Notes: generated from the letters alone by a model not told the origin. A stretch of 62,882 nt of DNA, filler included, from Lenisia limosa (GCA_001655205.1; 15 parts of 15 records of this genome joined end to end with filler, not necessarily neighbours in it); one strand, 5' to 3'. Positions 12,823 to 25,605 are shown, counted from the whole stretch's first letter. Program-made: numbers and translations.

Positions 12823-15062
12823 CTAAAAGGACATCCCGAAATCTTCAATGTCCTAAAAAGATCAAAAAAATATGGGACAACTCAAAAAAAACCCAAGAAA
12901 AGTGACTGACCAACCTTCATGCTACTATTGAGATAAAAATTTCCGTCGCGCTGATTGAAAGCCGACGCATCAAACGTGCTTTTGATTTTGGCTAATAGAT
13001 CGACTTTTGTGTCAGTCACATCAGCGACTTGTCCTAAAATTCAATAAAACTCGTATTTAGTCAAGTAATACACTACAGCGCGTCAGTGTGGGCAAAGTAC
13101 GCACGCACGCACGCAAATAAAAATTATTGAACAAAGCACAAATCAATGGTAAGGCGCTGAAAAAGAATTACAAGCAAACGTTTGGAGTTATCTCTGCAGT
13201 CAAGGAGTTGTAGGTCTCTGTCGATAATAATGTAGCTGTTTTGCATCGTGGCGTTGTCTTCAACCTGCAAAAATGATGGACAAAAAATAAGATCATGAAT
13301 AAACTGGAAAGATAGTATGGCGATTAAATTTTCACATATGATATTAAATATTTACAAATATTAGGGGTTTTAAACCTTATTTTAATATTTTAAAATAAAA
13401 ATCAAATAGAAAAAGGGGGAAAGCGATATTAATAATAGTTGTTTTTTGTTATATTTTTTACATAACTTATAATATTTGATAATTGAATCACCCTTACCTT
13501 GATAATACTGTTTAAAAATTCAGATTTGCGGTGACGGCTGAGAAATTCAGAGTACTTCGCTTCGGAAATTGCATAATTGCCGGTATTTTCGTCTTCAATG
13601 TGAAGAACCTAGGGTATTATCAGATATTAATGATAATGTTATACAGGTTTCTTTCAAATCATCGTACCTGGAACACCTTCCATCTGCATAAGCTGCCGTT
13701 TTCACCATGTGAAAGAGATTCGAGGTTCCCAATCATATCTTCGTCGATGTTGAAAGCAGACACCTTCATGGTTACATTAAGCAAAAAGGCGCGTGTCTTT
13801 ATGGGAATGGCGCGATACGATATATTCTATATTTATCATATGATGTGAGGCCACAAACAGTATAATCAGCAAGAAGAATCACTGGCAAACATACCACAGT
13901 ATTGATTTTGAAAGCCACTCCATATTTCTTCGTAAGAGCTGCAGCTCTTCGAACCTGGAAAATTAGATTTATTGATAACTTCGCAGTTGATATGTAGTTT
14001 ATTCATAATGCCTCGAAAATTTTCCTACGGCCATTATTCCAAAAAAAATCTCAAATTATAGAACCAAGAAAGCAACAACGGCGCTTTTGACTCGGGATTC
14101 CCTTTAAATCATTTCAAATTCCATCAAATTCCACATACCTGTGAAGGATGGTCTCCGGATCCACCACGCCTGCCAATTTTTTGGCATGTACCAACGTCAA
14201 AACTGTCACATGACACTCCAAGAACATCAAGGTACTCGGCATTTCTAAAGTGTAAAACATGTCTCTGGAAAGTTTCAATATTCTTAAACACATATCATAT
14301 GCATGTCATCCTGGACGATTCATACTCTTTGAGCCAGTCTTCCTTGAGCAAAGATCCATTTGTAATGATGGAAGTGAAAACTCCAATCTGTTTACAGAAC
14401 TTCAAAATCTAAACAATTAACAAAACAATAGTAAATGCGTCTGGTAGAAAGAAGAAACATATGATAATAGCTATATCGATATAGTGTTATATCATATCAA
14501 TAATTATTACTATTTCATTCAAAATATCATAATTCCATGATGAAAAAGGGTGCCGTGATGATAAATTGGCCTGAGCAATGTTCCATCACAAACATGAAAG
14601 TTCATCAAAAGCCCAGGTCCCCCATTATATATCATACCTTGGAACATAAAGCTGGGTAGAGAAGAGGCTCGCCTCCGGAAATGTTGAGCTTCTTCATTCC
14701 AATCTTTTCTAGGCGTACGAGGGCTCGTGAAATACGCGCCATTTCAAGGGGGGCTTCATCTGCCATTGTTGTTATGATTCAGGAAAGAAGATTGGTAGAT
14801 TGAATTGGGAAAAGTGAGTATAGCAGGAACAGCTGTTTTGTACCCCTTAATCCATACTGTTTGAGGTGTGGAAGCAGTACTTGCAGTCAAAGTTACAACT
14901 TCTGAAAACGAATTAAAGAGATTGAAACGCAACAAGAGATTGTCCACTCCGAAGCATCATTAGTATCATTAGTATCGTTAGTATCGTTAGCATTGCTACC
15001 TCCTACCTTGCGATATGGAAATTTACGCTCAGCGGTTGTTGAGTCTGTAGTTGGATCGGCAT
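12823..15062 (-). CDS. RSAD2: Viperin-like radical SAM enzyme (putative ddhNTP synthase), complete, 11 exons
   Basis: In-phase splicing gives PLSVNFHIAR-SCNFDCKYCFH (CxxxCxxC), KLNISGGEP, TSIITNGS, YLDVLGVSCDSF, FKINTV, RWKVFQ, NATMQNSYIIID, FDASAFNQRDGNFY, then DIEDFGMSF-TAG; viperin motifs in order. Confidence 0.93.
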
Positions 15063-15206
15063 GATGAAGATTGATTGCTTGATTGATTCCAAAGGAACTT
15101 GAAAGAACAATAGAATTACGTGAGAGCTGTGAAATTACTTAGACAGGGTTGAGTGAGTGAGAAGGAGTTAAGAAGAGCTTGAGAAAAGAGCAGAGGTTAT
15201 GACATA

Positions 15207-15212
15207 TTTATA
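15207..15212 (-). promoter_or_regulatory. Possible TATA box of the viperin gene
   Basis: TATAAA on minus strand ~145 nt upstream of the ATG, followed by a pyrimidine-rich leader. Confidence 0.3.
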
Positions 15213-15964
15213 CTTAGCCTAACGGACCTCACGGACAGAACGGACAGAACGGATCGGCAAAATTCCCGGTACGGCTCTGCGCATAATTCCTCAGTTAATT
15301 CTTCTATCTGCCTTTAACTGACCGAAGAGGCGTGGATTATCCTTAAACCAAATTCAAGAAGAATTATAGACACAAATAGTTGCAAAGATTACTGGGTGTG
15401 CTCAAAACCCACGCTACCTTCTATTGTACCTTCTATTGTATAATATTTAAACGGTGTGTCTGAGCTACTCAAAATGGCAAATTGGTATCGTGAGAAAGGG
15501 GTCAGTTGGGGGAGTAATAGCACATATTCAAACATCTTTTAGTTTCAGTCCAGAAGGAGATTGTTGGGAAATTGGATCTGAATTTTATCATTTTACTGGT
15601 TCGATTATTGGCTAGTGACATTGATAACAACAAAACAAGAACCAAACCTGTCGCTTCCGCAACACCGCATCCCATCATTAATATCCATGCTTAAACAGGG
15701 GAAATCAGAGATACATCAAAACGCTCAAACACACTAGAATATTTAGGGACGAAAATCACCTTATGCCTAGAAAAAAGTGAGTTAAATAATGGAAGAGGTT
15801 AACTGAATATAAATGGAAAAGTGTGAACTGCCCAGATGCATCCCTGTCTCGATACTCGCCACAGTTCGGGATATTTCCCCGAAAAAATTCCAGGGCAAAG
15901 ATTTCAGGGATTATGCATCTGGCTACAGACTCCAAATGTTAGTACGAGATTACTGCATAACTAC

Positions 15965-16055
15965 TAGGTTCGGATGAAAAGACCAGTAAGATATCGATAG
16001 TTTTCGAGGATTTATCGAGAATTTCAGTATTTTTTCGAACCGAAGTGAAGCCCTA
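15965..16055. mobile_element. hAT-type MITE (family A), left end eroded
   Basis: Right TIR TTTTTTCGAACCGAAGTGAAGCCCTA and internal TATCGATAGTTTTCGAGGATTTATCGAGA intact; no TSD. Confidence 0.8.
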
Positions 16056-16326
16056 TCATGTTATACAATAAGTTTCCTATTTTTACTCACCCCCCCCCCC
16101 GCNNNNNNNNNNNNNNNNNNNNNNNNNNNNNNNNNNNNNNNNNNNNNNNNNNNNNNNNNNNNNNNNNNNNNNNNNNNNNNNNNNNNNNNNNNNNNNNNNN
16201 NNNNNNNNNNNNNNNNNNNNNNNNNNNNNNNNNNNNNNNNNNNNNNNNNNNNNNNNNNNNNNNNNNNNNNNNNNNNNNNNNNNNNNNNNNNNNNNNNNNN
16301 NNNNNNNNNNNNNNNNNNNNNNNNNN

Positions 16327-16468
16327 ACCATCATCACCATCATCGTCTCCAACAACAATATCACCATCATCATCATCACCATCATCACCATCATCACCAT
16401 CATCACCATCACCATCATCATCATCATATCATAACCATCATCATATCATAACCATCATCATCATAACC
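16327..16468. repeat. (CAT/CAC)n microsatellite
   Basis: Direct inspection, next to an N gap. Confidence 0.85.
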
Positions 16469-16482
16469 CGTTAACTCCTTAC

Positions 16483-17202
16483 CAGTATCGGATTCTGGGG
16501 AAGGGGAAGGAGATGGAGACGGGGATGGTGATGGTTCTGGAGAAGCTTCGGGAGAGGCGTCTGGCTCGGCTGTATCTAAAGAAATGAAGGGGGGGGGGGG
16601 GNNNNNNNNNNNNNNNNNNNNNNNNNNNNNNNNNNNNNNNNNNNNNNNNNNNNNNNNNNNNNNNNNNNNNNNNNNNNNNNNNNNNNNNNNNNNNNNNNNN
16701 NNNNNNNNNNNNNNNNNNNNNNNNNNNNNNNNNNNTAATGTATATATTATTTCTCAAGTTTTTTTTCTTTTAAAAAAACCCACCAGCAGTTTGCCCCTCG
16801 GCTGGGCCGGACATGCCGTAATCCACGTCCTCCTCCTGCTCAATCCGCTCGTATTGCTCCGCGTCTGCTGACTCGTCTGGGGGGAAAATTTTTGATAAAA
16901 AAAATAAAATTGTAAAAAAAAGAATAAGCCCAAAATCAACTCTGTTGGCTGAACTAATCATGAACCGAATTATACTAAACAAACAAGCAAAAACAAACAC
17001 GAGCAACCAATGCTAATTGGAATATGATGGGGGGTGAAACAAAAGAAATGGAGGGGAGGGGAGGTAGATTTTTCAACTCTGTTCGCGCAATATTTGAGAA
17101 ACAAAGAAGAGGGGGGGATGGGACCCTACCATCAATAAACATATCGGGTTTGAATTCGAAGAGCTGTCTGCCTGAAATTCCGACCGAACGTCCAGCCTTC
17201 AT
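16483..17202 (-). CDS. ZC3H15: ZC3H15/Tma46 (DRG-family regulatory protein 1), C-terminal exons, truncated by contig end
   Basis: MKAGRSVGISGRQLFEFKPDMFID-DESADAEQYERIEQEED matches [30 protein letters not shown]; followed by a Pro/Ser-rich exon. Confidence 0.75.
16877..17015 (+). repeat. Family C/D composite at a ZC3H15 acceptor
   Basis: CTGGGGGG..AAGCCCAAAATCAACTCTGTTGGCTGA..CATGAACCGAA..; the G-run end supplies CCCCCCAG on the gene strand. Confidence 0.75.
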
Positions 17203-17424
17203 CTGAAATGGATTATATATCGATACTATATAGCAGTGAGAANNNNNNNNNNNNNNNNNNNNNNNNNNNNNNNNNNNNNNNNNNNNTTAATTAATTAANN
17301 NNNNNNNNNNNNNNNNNNNNNNNNNNNNNNNNNNNNNNNNNNATGTGGGACATAATTCGTTAGTTCAGGATGGAACCTTCACTGGACTCCCCCCCCCCTA
17401 CTCATGCCAGATTTCACACTTTAG

Positions 17425-17520
17425 GGATTCATGCCCAAGTTCCTGGTGTTCTTCGGTATTACTGCGGCAATCATGGGGTTGGGCACAACAATTTACGGGC
17501 TGATCTGGGGTCATGATTAG
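17425..17520 (+). CDS. Probable last exon of a membrane protein
   Basis: After TTAG: GFMPKFLVFFGITAAIMGLGTTIYGLIWGHD-TAG, one hydrophobic helix; rest off-contig. Confidence 0.3.
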   Translation, partial: GFMPKFLVFFGITAAIMGLGTTIYGLIWGHD

Positions 17521-17897
17521 GTATGGTATTAGGTTCCGTGGGTGGGGAGGTTTGTCGTCTCCGCATGCCTGAAATGCATATTGAAAGGGAATTCGCGGAG
17601 GGGAGTGTAAGTTTCTGAAACAAAACAAAACAAAATCAATTGTTGGTGCAATGCACTAATACAGCTTCACTGCTTACCTTCATTATTTTAGCTATTACAA
17701 AAGATTTTCACATGCGCCCATTTTTAGAATAAGAAAGGATATTTTTATATCAATGAGGACATTAAGACCTAGTAATAAATTCTCAACGCGACTATCATCA
17801 CATTTTGCAACTAATGTGAATTATCCACATAGTATGTGGTTTTATTGATTCCTTTGATCCCCTCAGGTCAAAATTGTACAAAAATAAATAATAATTA

Positions 17898-18660
17898 CTA
17901 CTCGTCAGAATGAACGTCATCGTCATCTTCGAGGCTAGGCATTAGGTGGCAGAGGCTTCCCGACGGACGGGGGCCTACACCGGTCATCATTATATCATGT
18001 GAATAAGAAGTATCTGGCTGAATTTGTCCAGACCGGGCATGATAAAATGAGAAGGTTGTATCAAAGGCGCAAGAGATTAGATTTTCAACCATGAGTAATG
18101 AGACAAAAGGAAGCCGCCGAAGCCATCACTACTTCAAAAAAAGTTAGCCTGAAACCAGAAGAGAACCAAGCGGACCTCTTTCATCTTCGGAGGAACTGCT
18201 GGGTGAAGAAACAGTCGAAATCTGCGTTGTTAGAGCTATGAAGGAAGGCTGGTGTTAGCCTACCCAGCATACTCATATTATGCAATAAATGAGCAATGCA
18301 TGTTATTATATCGTAGGGAGAATAACACACAACCCATGTGTAAGGAGTTTGAGCTTAAAAGCAAACCTTTGTTGGGAATGCTGGTGATTGGGCGATAGCT
18401 ACAGAGTCAATACAAGAGGTTTAGCTCAAAATATATTTCAATACCCTTATCGAGTGCAAATACAATATACTATTATTGCTTCTCTATGGAGAGGAAGACA
18501 ATTATATATTGTTTTCAAAATAGAGTAATCTTCAGAATGTTGCAGAATTGACAGCTAACGTTGATTTTGTTTCATAATTGGTCACCCCACCCACCCCAAT
18601 CTTGAACCTGAGGCTCGTCAGTAATGTCATTTGTGGACTAAAGCGTCAAAAGCAGTTCCA
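17898..18660 (-). CDS. Hypothetical protein, C-terminal exons
   Basis: Open segment ending PSLEDDDDVHSDE-stop plus upstream GT/AG-flanked segments; no family recognised. Confidence 0.25.
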
Positions 18661-19100
18661 AGGGATGCATGCAATCGAATCAAGCGTAACAACGATAGGG
18701 AAATATATTTTCACTTTATGAGGTGTTGAAATGAACTAACGCACGGTAGTGTCTGGATGAAGCCTTTCATACCATCACGCTTATCAGAGATATAGGTTCA
18801 GAAAATATTAATTCAAGATAGATAAGGTATCACAAGATTCCTTTGAACTTGAGACAAGGCAGAGCCAACAGGCTTGTTTTTTTTGCTTTGTTGCATAAGT
18901 TATACAAGTTCACTCCCTTCCCCTCCCAAGATTTCTAATGTATATTTTCTCTTGTTCAACCCCCCCCCCCCCCNNNNNNNNNNNNNNNNNNNNNNNNNNN
19001 NNNNNNNNNNNNNNNNNNNNNNNNNNNNNNNNNNNNNNNNNNNNNNNNNNNNNNNNNNNNNNNNNNNNNNNNNNNNNNNNNNNNNNNNNNNNNNNNNNNN

Positions 19101-19275
19101 ACGTACCAAATAATCTGAAACTCCAAACAGCCAAAAAACAAGCAATAACAAACTCCTGCAACCAACGCTAAAACTAGACAAAAACCAGACGACAAAAACA
19201 CAAAAACAAAAACAACAAGCCCGAGCCAGCGTAAAATTGGAAAATTTATGATCAGCCCAAAATCAACTGGGGGTG
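19101..19275 (+). repeat. Family D followed directly by family C head
   Basis: ..AATCTGAAACTCCAAACAG..AAGCCCGAGCCAGC-GTAAAATTGGAAAATTTATGA..AGCCCAAAATCAACT. Confidence 0.8.
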
Positions 19276-19971
19276 AAACCCAACCAAAAGTCTAAGGTAA
19301 CAAGTGATTGATCAAAAGTACAGATATCCAGGATTGAAAGGTCACTCAACTAAGGCTTAAAGTCAAACAGATGAATCTAAAAAAACAAGCATCTGCATAC
19401 AAATGAATCTAAAGGGAAATCTGATAAAATCAGTCAAGAGTAGGAGTGCCCCCTAACCCGACTGCTCTGACGCCAATTTTGGGGCTCTTGTAAGAAGGAA
19501 GCATCAGGCTGGGGATTTAGACGTGAAATGATACGACACATATGATATAGTATATACTATATCTACTATCATACATGTATAAGGGTATGTATATCATACT
19601 GATACAGTATGATATGTAGTATGTATAAGAGGAAAAGATTTTCTGTACTTCTCTTTTTTGCTTCATTCTCCTTTTANNNNNNNNNNNNNNNNNNNNNNNN
19701 NNNNNNNNNNNNNNNNNNNNTTAATTAATTAANNNNNNNNNNNNNNNNNNNNNNNNNNNNNNNNNNNNNNNNNNNNATCAATTGACAAAGAGAGAAACAA
19801 AACCCTGAGATAACACAAAGTACCAAAACAGGGTGAGAGTGTTACATCATAATATCATAGGTGGAGGTAAATAGAGAGACAAAATGGAAAATGGAAGAGT
19901 AAAGTAGAAAAGAGGGGTTAAAATGAAGGAAATTTCTATTAGGAATATTGGCAGAAGAGAGCGAGCCAAAC

Positions 19972-21524
19972 CTCCAAGTGGGCAAGTGGGTCATCAAAGG
20001 TGGGCTCGGCTTCTTTTGCGGCCTCTGCCGCGGAGGCTGGAGGGTGAGGAACCACTCTGTTTAGTGTTCATAAGTTTTGTGGGAATCCCATACATTTCTT
20101 CAGATTTCCCTAAATCATGGGATTCTCATGTCAATAGTGAGATACTAGTGAACACTACGACACACTGACTTGGGTTTCTTATGAATTGTAATCCCGTCAA
20201 TGCCCAGTAGTTTATTGAGGGAGCCACCAGCAGACCTTTCACGAACGTTGACTTGGGAGCTCTGTGCCCAGATGGAGTGGTGAGAGGGGTGGACTTTTCC
20301 TCGGAATGCACGGGTGTGTGTCTGAGGGGTATTAGTATTAACATACTAAAATCCTACATATATCTCTTATAAACGTGATAGTGTGGACGGCTTCGGCCAG
20401 ATACACCACATTCTATGATATGCAAATATCTTTCTGCAATCCCCCAACTCTTTTTGAAGATTCGGGACTGGTTTGTCAGCCTTCGGCGTTTTGGGCGTTT
20501 TTGGGGTTTTGCTTGGGGCGGAAGGTTTGGATTTTGGGGTGGATGGGGCAGATTTGGCTTCCTGAAAAAGGAGTAAGTCCAACAAATGAGAGGATTACTC
20601 GTTTGATTCAATAGTCAACCTGGGGTGGGTGGCTCAGAATAGGATTATGAAAATATCAACGCGTGATGGTGTGTACTGTGCGATAATAATAACATGATGA
20701 TGTGGACAACCCTCTGACTCTGATGGTGGTGGCGAGAGGAACTCCCATTCGCTTGATCTTCATCTTTTTCAAATTGGCTAGAGTATGAGCTGTGAAAAGG
20801 GCTTCACTCCGATCCCCAAAATAACTGAATTTCTCGATAAATCCTCGATACATTTCGATATCAATATCAAACAATAACCTATAGCAAAATATATCATAAT
20901 ATGATTAATTAAAATAAATCTATAATTGTTATAACATACAGAGTTTGGTTGCCATTGTAGCCTCCACAGCCTCTTGAGCGGTCTGGGAAATGAGCATGAA
21001 GTAGTCATTGCTATTTTCGGCCTGTTTGACTGCGTCGGAGTTGAATACCAAATCGAAAGCTCGGCACTTCTTTCCACCTGAATTCGTAAACTTTCAAGAA
21101 GTAAAATAGTATCCGTGTCAGGCAGGACATATCACAGTCAGAGTACTATATACATGTATAACATAACATATCATATCATATAATACACCAGAAGCCCTAT
21201 AAGCCACAGGTGAGTTATAATATGGTGGGTAAGGAGTCAGACGGCCGGTGTGTGTGTGTGTGGGATATTGATTTGGGGGCTTTGTTATTATCAGGACTTC
21301 ACCCAGATCTGCAAACTATCGCCGATTTGTTATGATACCAAGGAAAATAGGTCATCACTTATCCCGGTCACTGTAATCGAGGATTTATCGAGAAATTCAA
21401 TCTTTTTTCGAACCGAAGTGAAGCCCTAATTCTTGTTCCTAAAAAAAAACCCCGCCGAACTTTTGTCAGAAGTGTCTGGACATTCACTGAGCGAGTACGG
21501 TACACTGAAGTGGCCGCCGGAACC
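19972..21524 (-). CDS. DNAAF2: PIH1-domain dynein assembly factor, kintoun/DNAAF2-like, partial
   Basis: Exons GSGGHFSVPYSLSECPDTSDK, GGKKCRAFDLVFNSDAVKQAENSNDYFMLISQTAQEAVE, NLKKMKIKRMGVPLATTIRVR match PIH1/kintoun motifs; further upstream exons likely to 22123. Confidence 0.75.
20359..20410 (+). mobile_element. Family B (Helentron/HINE-like) 3' hairpin end
   Basis: ATATCTCTTATAAACGTGATAGTGTGGACGGCTTCGGCCAGATACA. Confidence 0.7.
21291..21428. mobile_element. hAT MITE A with a partial Tc1-type MITE E (~21322-21373) inside it
   Basis: Left CAGGACTTCAC, then AAGGAAAATAGGTCATCACTTATCCCGGTCACTG-TA, then intact right half of A. Confidence 0.65.
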
Positions 21525-22284
21525 CTGCGATCCTGTTTCTGAAGTATTATTAGAATGGGCGATCCTGTTTCCGAAGTATTAGTATGTGGGGATGGGGCAC
21601 TTTGGCCAGGTACAACCTTGTTTTATTTCCAATCGTAACATACACCAAAGCAAACCTTGGCTGCCTTGTGGAGCGCTTGTATTACGCGATATCGGTTCGA
21701 TTTTAGCGTTGTGGCAGATATTTAAGAATACCTGGGGATGTCAATGTATTGCTATTACAAGTCGCAAAATGACACGCAAATGGCAATTATTCAACAACTT
21801 TTAATGCTTCACTCCACCTCTTTGTATCATTACTACCTATAGCACAATCCTCCTCCCAATTAAATAGCAGCACCCCCTCCCACCTTATCAGCAGTTCTGC
21901 CCCCACACACATTTTCATACTACCTTGAACATTATCACATTCCTACATTAGACCAGGGCTTCCCTTCGATCCCAAAAAAGACTGAATTTCTCGATAAATC
22001 TTTTTTTTGGTTTTTTTTCCCATAAATTTTTCAATTTTACCCCCCCCACCTTATCACCATTACTGTCCAGGGCTTACCCCCCAACTTATCACCATTACTG
22101 TCCAGGGCTTACCCCCCACCTTANNNNNNNNNNNNNNNNNNNNNNNNNNNNNNNNNNNNNNNNNNNNTTAATTAATTAANNNNNNNNNNNNNNNNNNNNN
22201 NNNNNNNNNNNNNNNNNNNNNNNTAATAACTACAACAACAACAATAATTTTACATTAGGATGGCATAAACCGCTAACTTTTCAG

Positions 22285-25200
22285 ACCTCCCAATGGCGCA
22301 GTTTGCTGAGGGTGAGGTCCGCGGCTTCAAGAAGATCCTTGATCATGAGGCTCTTGTCAAGTCCGTCCACGGCCTCGCCAAGCTCATTGCTCACTACTCG
22401 TAAGCCACGTTCCCTTCATCATTGTCCCTCAACCGTCTTCTCACACTTCATCATTGTCCTTCAACCGTCTTCTGACACTCCAGTCCTTACAACGCCGACG
22501 CCCCCTTTATCATTGAGGAGATTGAGGCCAACCCCACCATCCCGGGTGGCCGCGACGACCCCTCCAAGGTTCTTGCTCTTGATGCTCTGGTAAGCACCGC
22601 TGAAAATGGACTTTTTTTGGCAATTCTATGTCTTTGGTCCGCTAAAATCGAACACATCCCATGTCTTTGTTGTAAAATCCTAGATCAACGTCAGTCCTGC
22701 AGGTCGTCGTCTCGCTGATACCTCCACCAAGCCCCTCGACAAACTCGTCCCCATGCTCCTCCCCAAGTCTGTTGCTGTTGCTGGCGCTTCCGCCACTGAC
22801 CCCAAGGTTTGCCCTCTGTGAAGAGGAGCTGGGAAATATCGATTTTTTCAGCCAGGGTTCCCCCTCACACCGAATAGAAGCCCGGAAGTGCTATTCTCGC
22901 CAAGCTTGTTGAAGGCGGAATTGAGAAGGACAGCATCTACCCCATCCATCCCAAGTCCGAGGAGGTCATGGGTCTCAAGACCGTTAAGAGTATCGAGGAC
23001 CTCAAACAGAAGAGAAACAACGAGCCCGTTGACCTTCTTGTCGTCTGTGTCCCCGCCGCCGCTGCCGGAGAATACGTCATGTCCACTCTTGACGGCGACC
23101 TTTCCGTGGCCAAGTCCCTTCAGATCATGACGGGAGGCTTCGGCGAAACGAAGAAGGGTGCCGAACTCCAGGAATCTCTGGAAAACCAGCTTGCGTGAGC
23201 ACCTTGGATCTTGATCTCAAGGTTTCACTTCTGTCCAAGAAAGACTAAGCTTCTCGATGATTATCGATAGCTTATCAATCCGTCTCGGATCGATATGAAG
23301 CCACACTCACATGCTATGCTTTTTTTTTTTTCTCATATATAGTTCTTTGCTAACATTGCAGCAAGCTTGACGCAACCCCCGAGAAGAGACCCGTTATCAA
23401 CGGACCCAACACCGTCGGCAACATCGTCAAGAACCCCGAGACTGGAAAGGAGGTAACTTGGGGACAGGGGGGTCTTATTAAGACAAATTTCACCCATTAG
23501 GTCTCAACTGTCTTCACGGCTGCCTTCAAGAGCTCTGTCTCCGCAATGCCTGAGGTTGGTCCTAAAGATCTAAGGCATCTGACTTGTGTGTTGTCAGCCA
23601 TCTTTGGGCTTTTTTGTTTCACATATAGTTTCCAATTTTACTCCCCCTCCCCAGGGACTCAACAACGCTGCTCTCATCTGTCAATCCGGAGCCTTCATGT
23701 TGAGCCGCATGAGTGATCTTGCCGGTCTCGTGTCCCCTGCTGTTGCACTCTCCGTCGGAAACCAGGTCTGCGGGATTGGATTGGCCTCATCTGGGGTGGT
23801 TATATGCGTGTACTATGCGAGCTTTGTTGTTTGCATTTGTGCTGGGGGTGTTTTTCTGACCGGCAGATGGATCTCTCAATTCCCGACTATCTTGAGCATT
23901 TCATGAACACCCGTCCCGACCTTACCTCATACGGCTGCTATCTTGAGGGCATGAATGATGGTGACGGTCTGCGTCTCATGAAGCTTGTCCAACGCGCACG
24001 CAAGGAAGGCAAGTACGCAAACCTTGCGTCATTTCCTTGCTGGCTTACCATGTGGACACACTGAGCCTCCAATTAACACCTTCTTTTTCATTCACATTAT
24101 ATTAGTACGGCTCTGCTGGGCGTTCATATCTCCCCCCCAGGTTTGTGACCTTCTACAAGGCGGGCCGCAGTGAAGCCGGCATGGAGGCTGCCAAGGGCCA
24201 CACCGCGTCCATGGCTGGAGACTACAACCAGTTTGCTACCCTCATGGAGCATTCTGGCGCTCTCGTTGCCGACTCTTTCGAGGAGTTCAACAACCTCTTC
24301 ATGACTGCTGCCATGTGCCCCTCTCTTCCCTCCATCGTTCAGTCTCTTGACCACAAGGTTGGCTTGGTTGTCAAAAAGGTAATCGACAATGGAATGTTTT
24401 TTCACTCGCCACATATGACTATTCAGCCTCTTGGCGTCGCTGCCATGTCTAACGCTGGCTTCGAGAAGTGCGGTATTGCCGACCATCTCATGGCCCTTGG
24501 TGACGACCACATTGAGTTCTCCACCCTCGAACAGTCCACCTCCGACCGCATCACCGCCTCATTTGCTGCCAGACGTAAGCCCTCAATATTCAACGGGTCT
24601 TGGCTATGGGAATACAGAAAGCTGTGTGCACAGAGTTGTAAGGCAAATGATTGGGTGAATTAATATAACAACAATCCAATATCTCTTATAAGCGTAATGG
24701 TGTGGACGGATTCGCCAGATACAACCTTATTTTTCATTTCTCATTGCTATGTTATGTGGGAATGTATTCTGATGTCAGCCTGTATCGTAAGAATGTTGTA
24801 TGATATTTGGATGTCATTTCCTGAGATGATAATTATGACGTCTGAGAAGTGTCATTCAGCATGATAATCGGCATTTGTCTTATTCATCATAAACCACAAA
24901 TCTCACTACGCAGGTCTTGGCGACGTTGTGGACATTGATGACATTATTGACGTTACCCCCATCATGGACGACTCCGGGTTTGCTCCGTTCAGTCTTAACA
25001 TGGCATCCCCCTCCCCTTTTTTCATTCCCATTTCCCAATTTTGGAAATGGAGATTATAACCCAGGGCTTCCACACCCCTTTTTACTTCCTAGTTACGACG
25101 AGATCATGCGTGCCACCCTCGACGACCCCAATGTTGGGGCCGCGGTGTACGGCATTGTTCCCGAGACCGAGGCTGTCAAGACCCTCGACTCTGAGATGAA

Positions 25201-25532
25201 CCACCCCGACTCTATCCTCACTCGGTGAGATGGGAATCCTGAGTGTCTGTGCTATCGATGTTTTTTTTTTTCCCCAGTCTTTTTTCCTCTCATTATTGGT
25301 GGCGTGTGACGGTGTGACTAGATTAACATTCCCGTCGCACTGACCCCCTAGTCTCCGTGCACTCAAGGCCGAGTACTTCGAGAAGAAGCCCTTCTTTGTC
25401 GTCATCGAATCCGGCGAGCTCTACAGACCCTTCATCTGGGAGTGCAGACGTGCCGGTATCCCCACCTTCGAGGCTGCTGACGTTGCTTCCCGCACCCTTT
25501 CCAAGATGGCTAAGGCCCTCTCTATGCCCTAA
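22285..25532 (+). CDS. ADP-forming acetyl-CoA synthetase, beta-alpha fusion, 5' truncated
   Basis: ATP-grasp C-terminus (EVRGFK..IEEIEANP..LALDAL) followed by CoA-binding domain (LLPKSVAVAGAS, IYPIHP, VDLLVVCVPA, TGGFGE), NGPNTVG, CQSGAF, phospho-His motif KGHTASMAG, SNAGFE and GIPTFE, stop TAA at 25530-25532; exons splice in phase. Confidence 0.95.
23596..23654 (-). repeat. Family C remnant forming the 3' part of a 100-nt ACS intron (23555-23654)
   Basis: GTGTGTTGTCAGCCA..TTGGGCTTTTTTGTTTCA..TTCCAATTTTACTCCCCCTCCCCAG. Confidence 0.75.
24615..24734 (+). mobile_element. Family B (Helentron/HINE-like), near full length
   Basis: CAGAAAGCTGTGTGCACAGAGTTGTAAGGCAAATGATTGGGTGAATTAAT..TCCAATATCTCTTATAAGCGTAATGGTGTGGACGGATTCGCCAGATACAACCTTATTTTT; near-identical copy at 58971. 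Confidence 0.8.
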
Positions 25533-25605
25533 TCTTCTCTTCTTAGATTTCTCTTTCAATGCATGTGTATTACTCCAAACAGAGATAGAAACAGAGTCGA
25601 CGCAG

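Noticed and set aside
16058-16474. His-rich and Met-rich ORFs
   Set aside because: Translations of a (CAT)n microsatellite across an N gap.
20385-20405. U6 snRNA similarity (GCTTCGGC in family B; TAAAATTGGAA in family C)
   Set aside because: Short matches in different elements; no ACAGAGA box or internal stem-loop.
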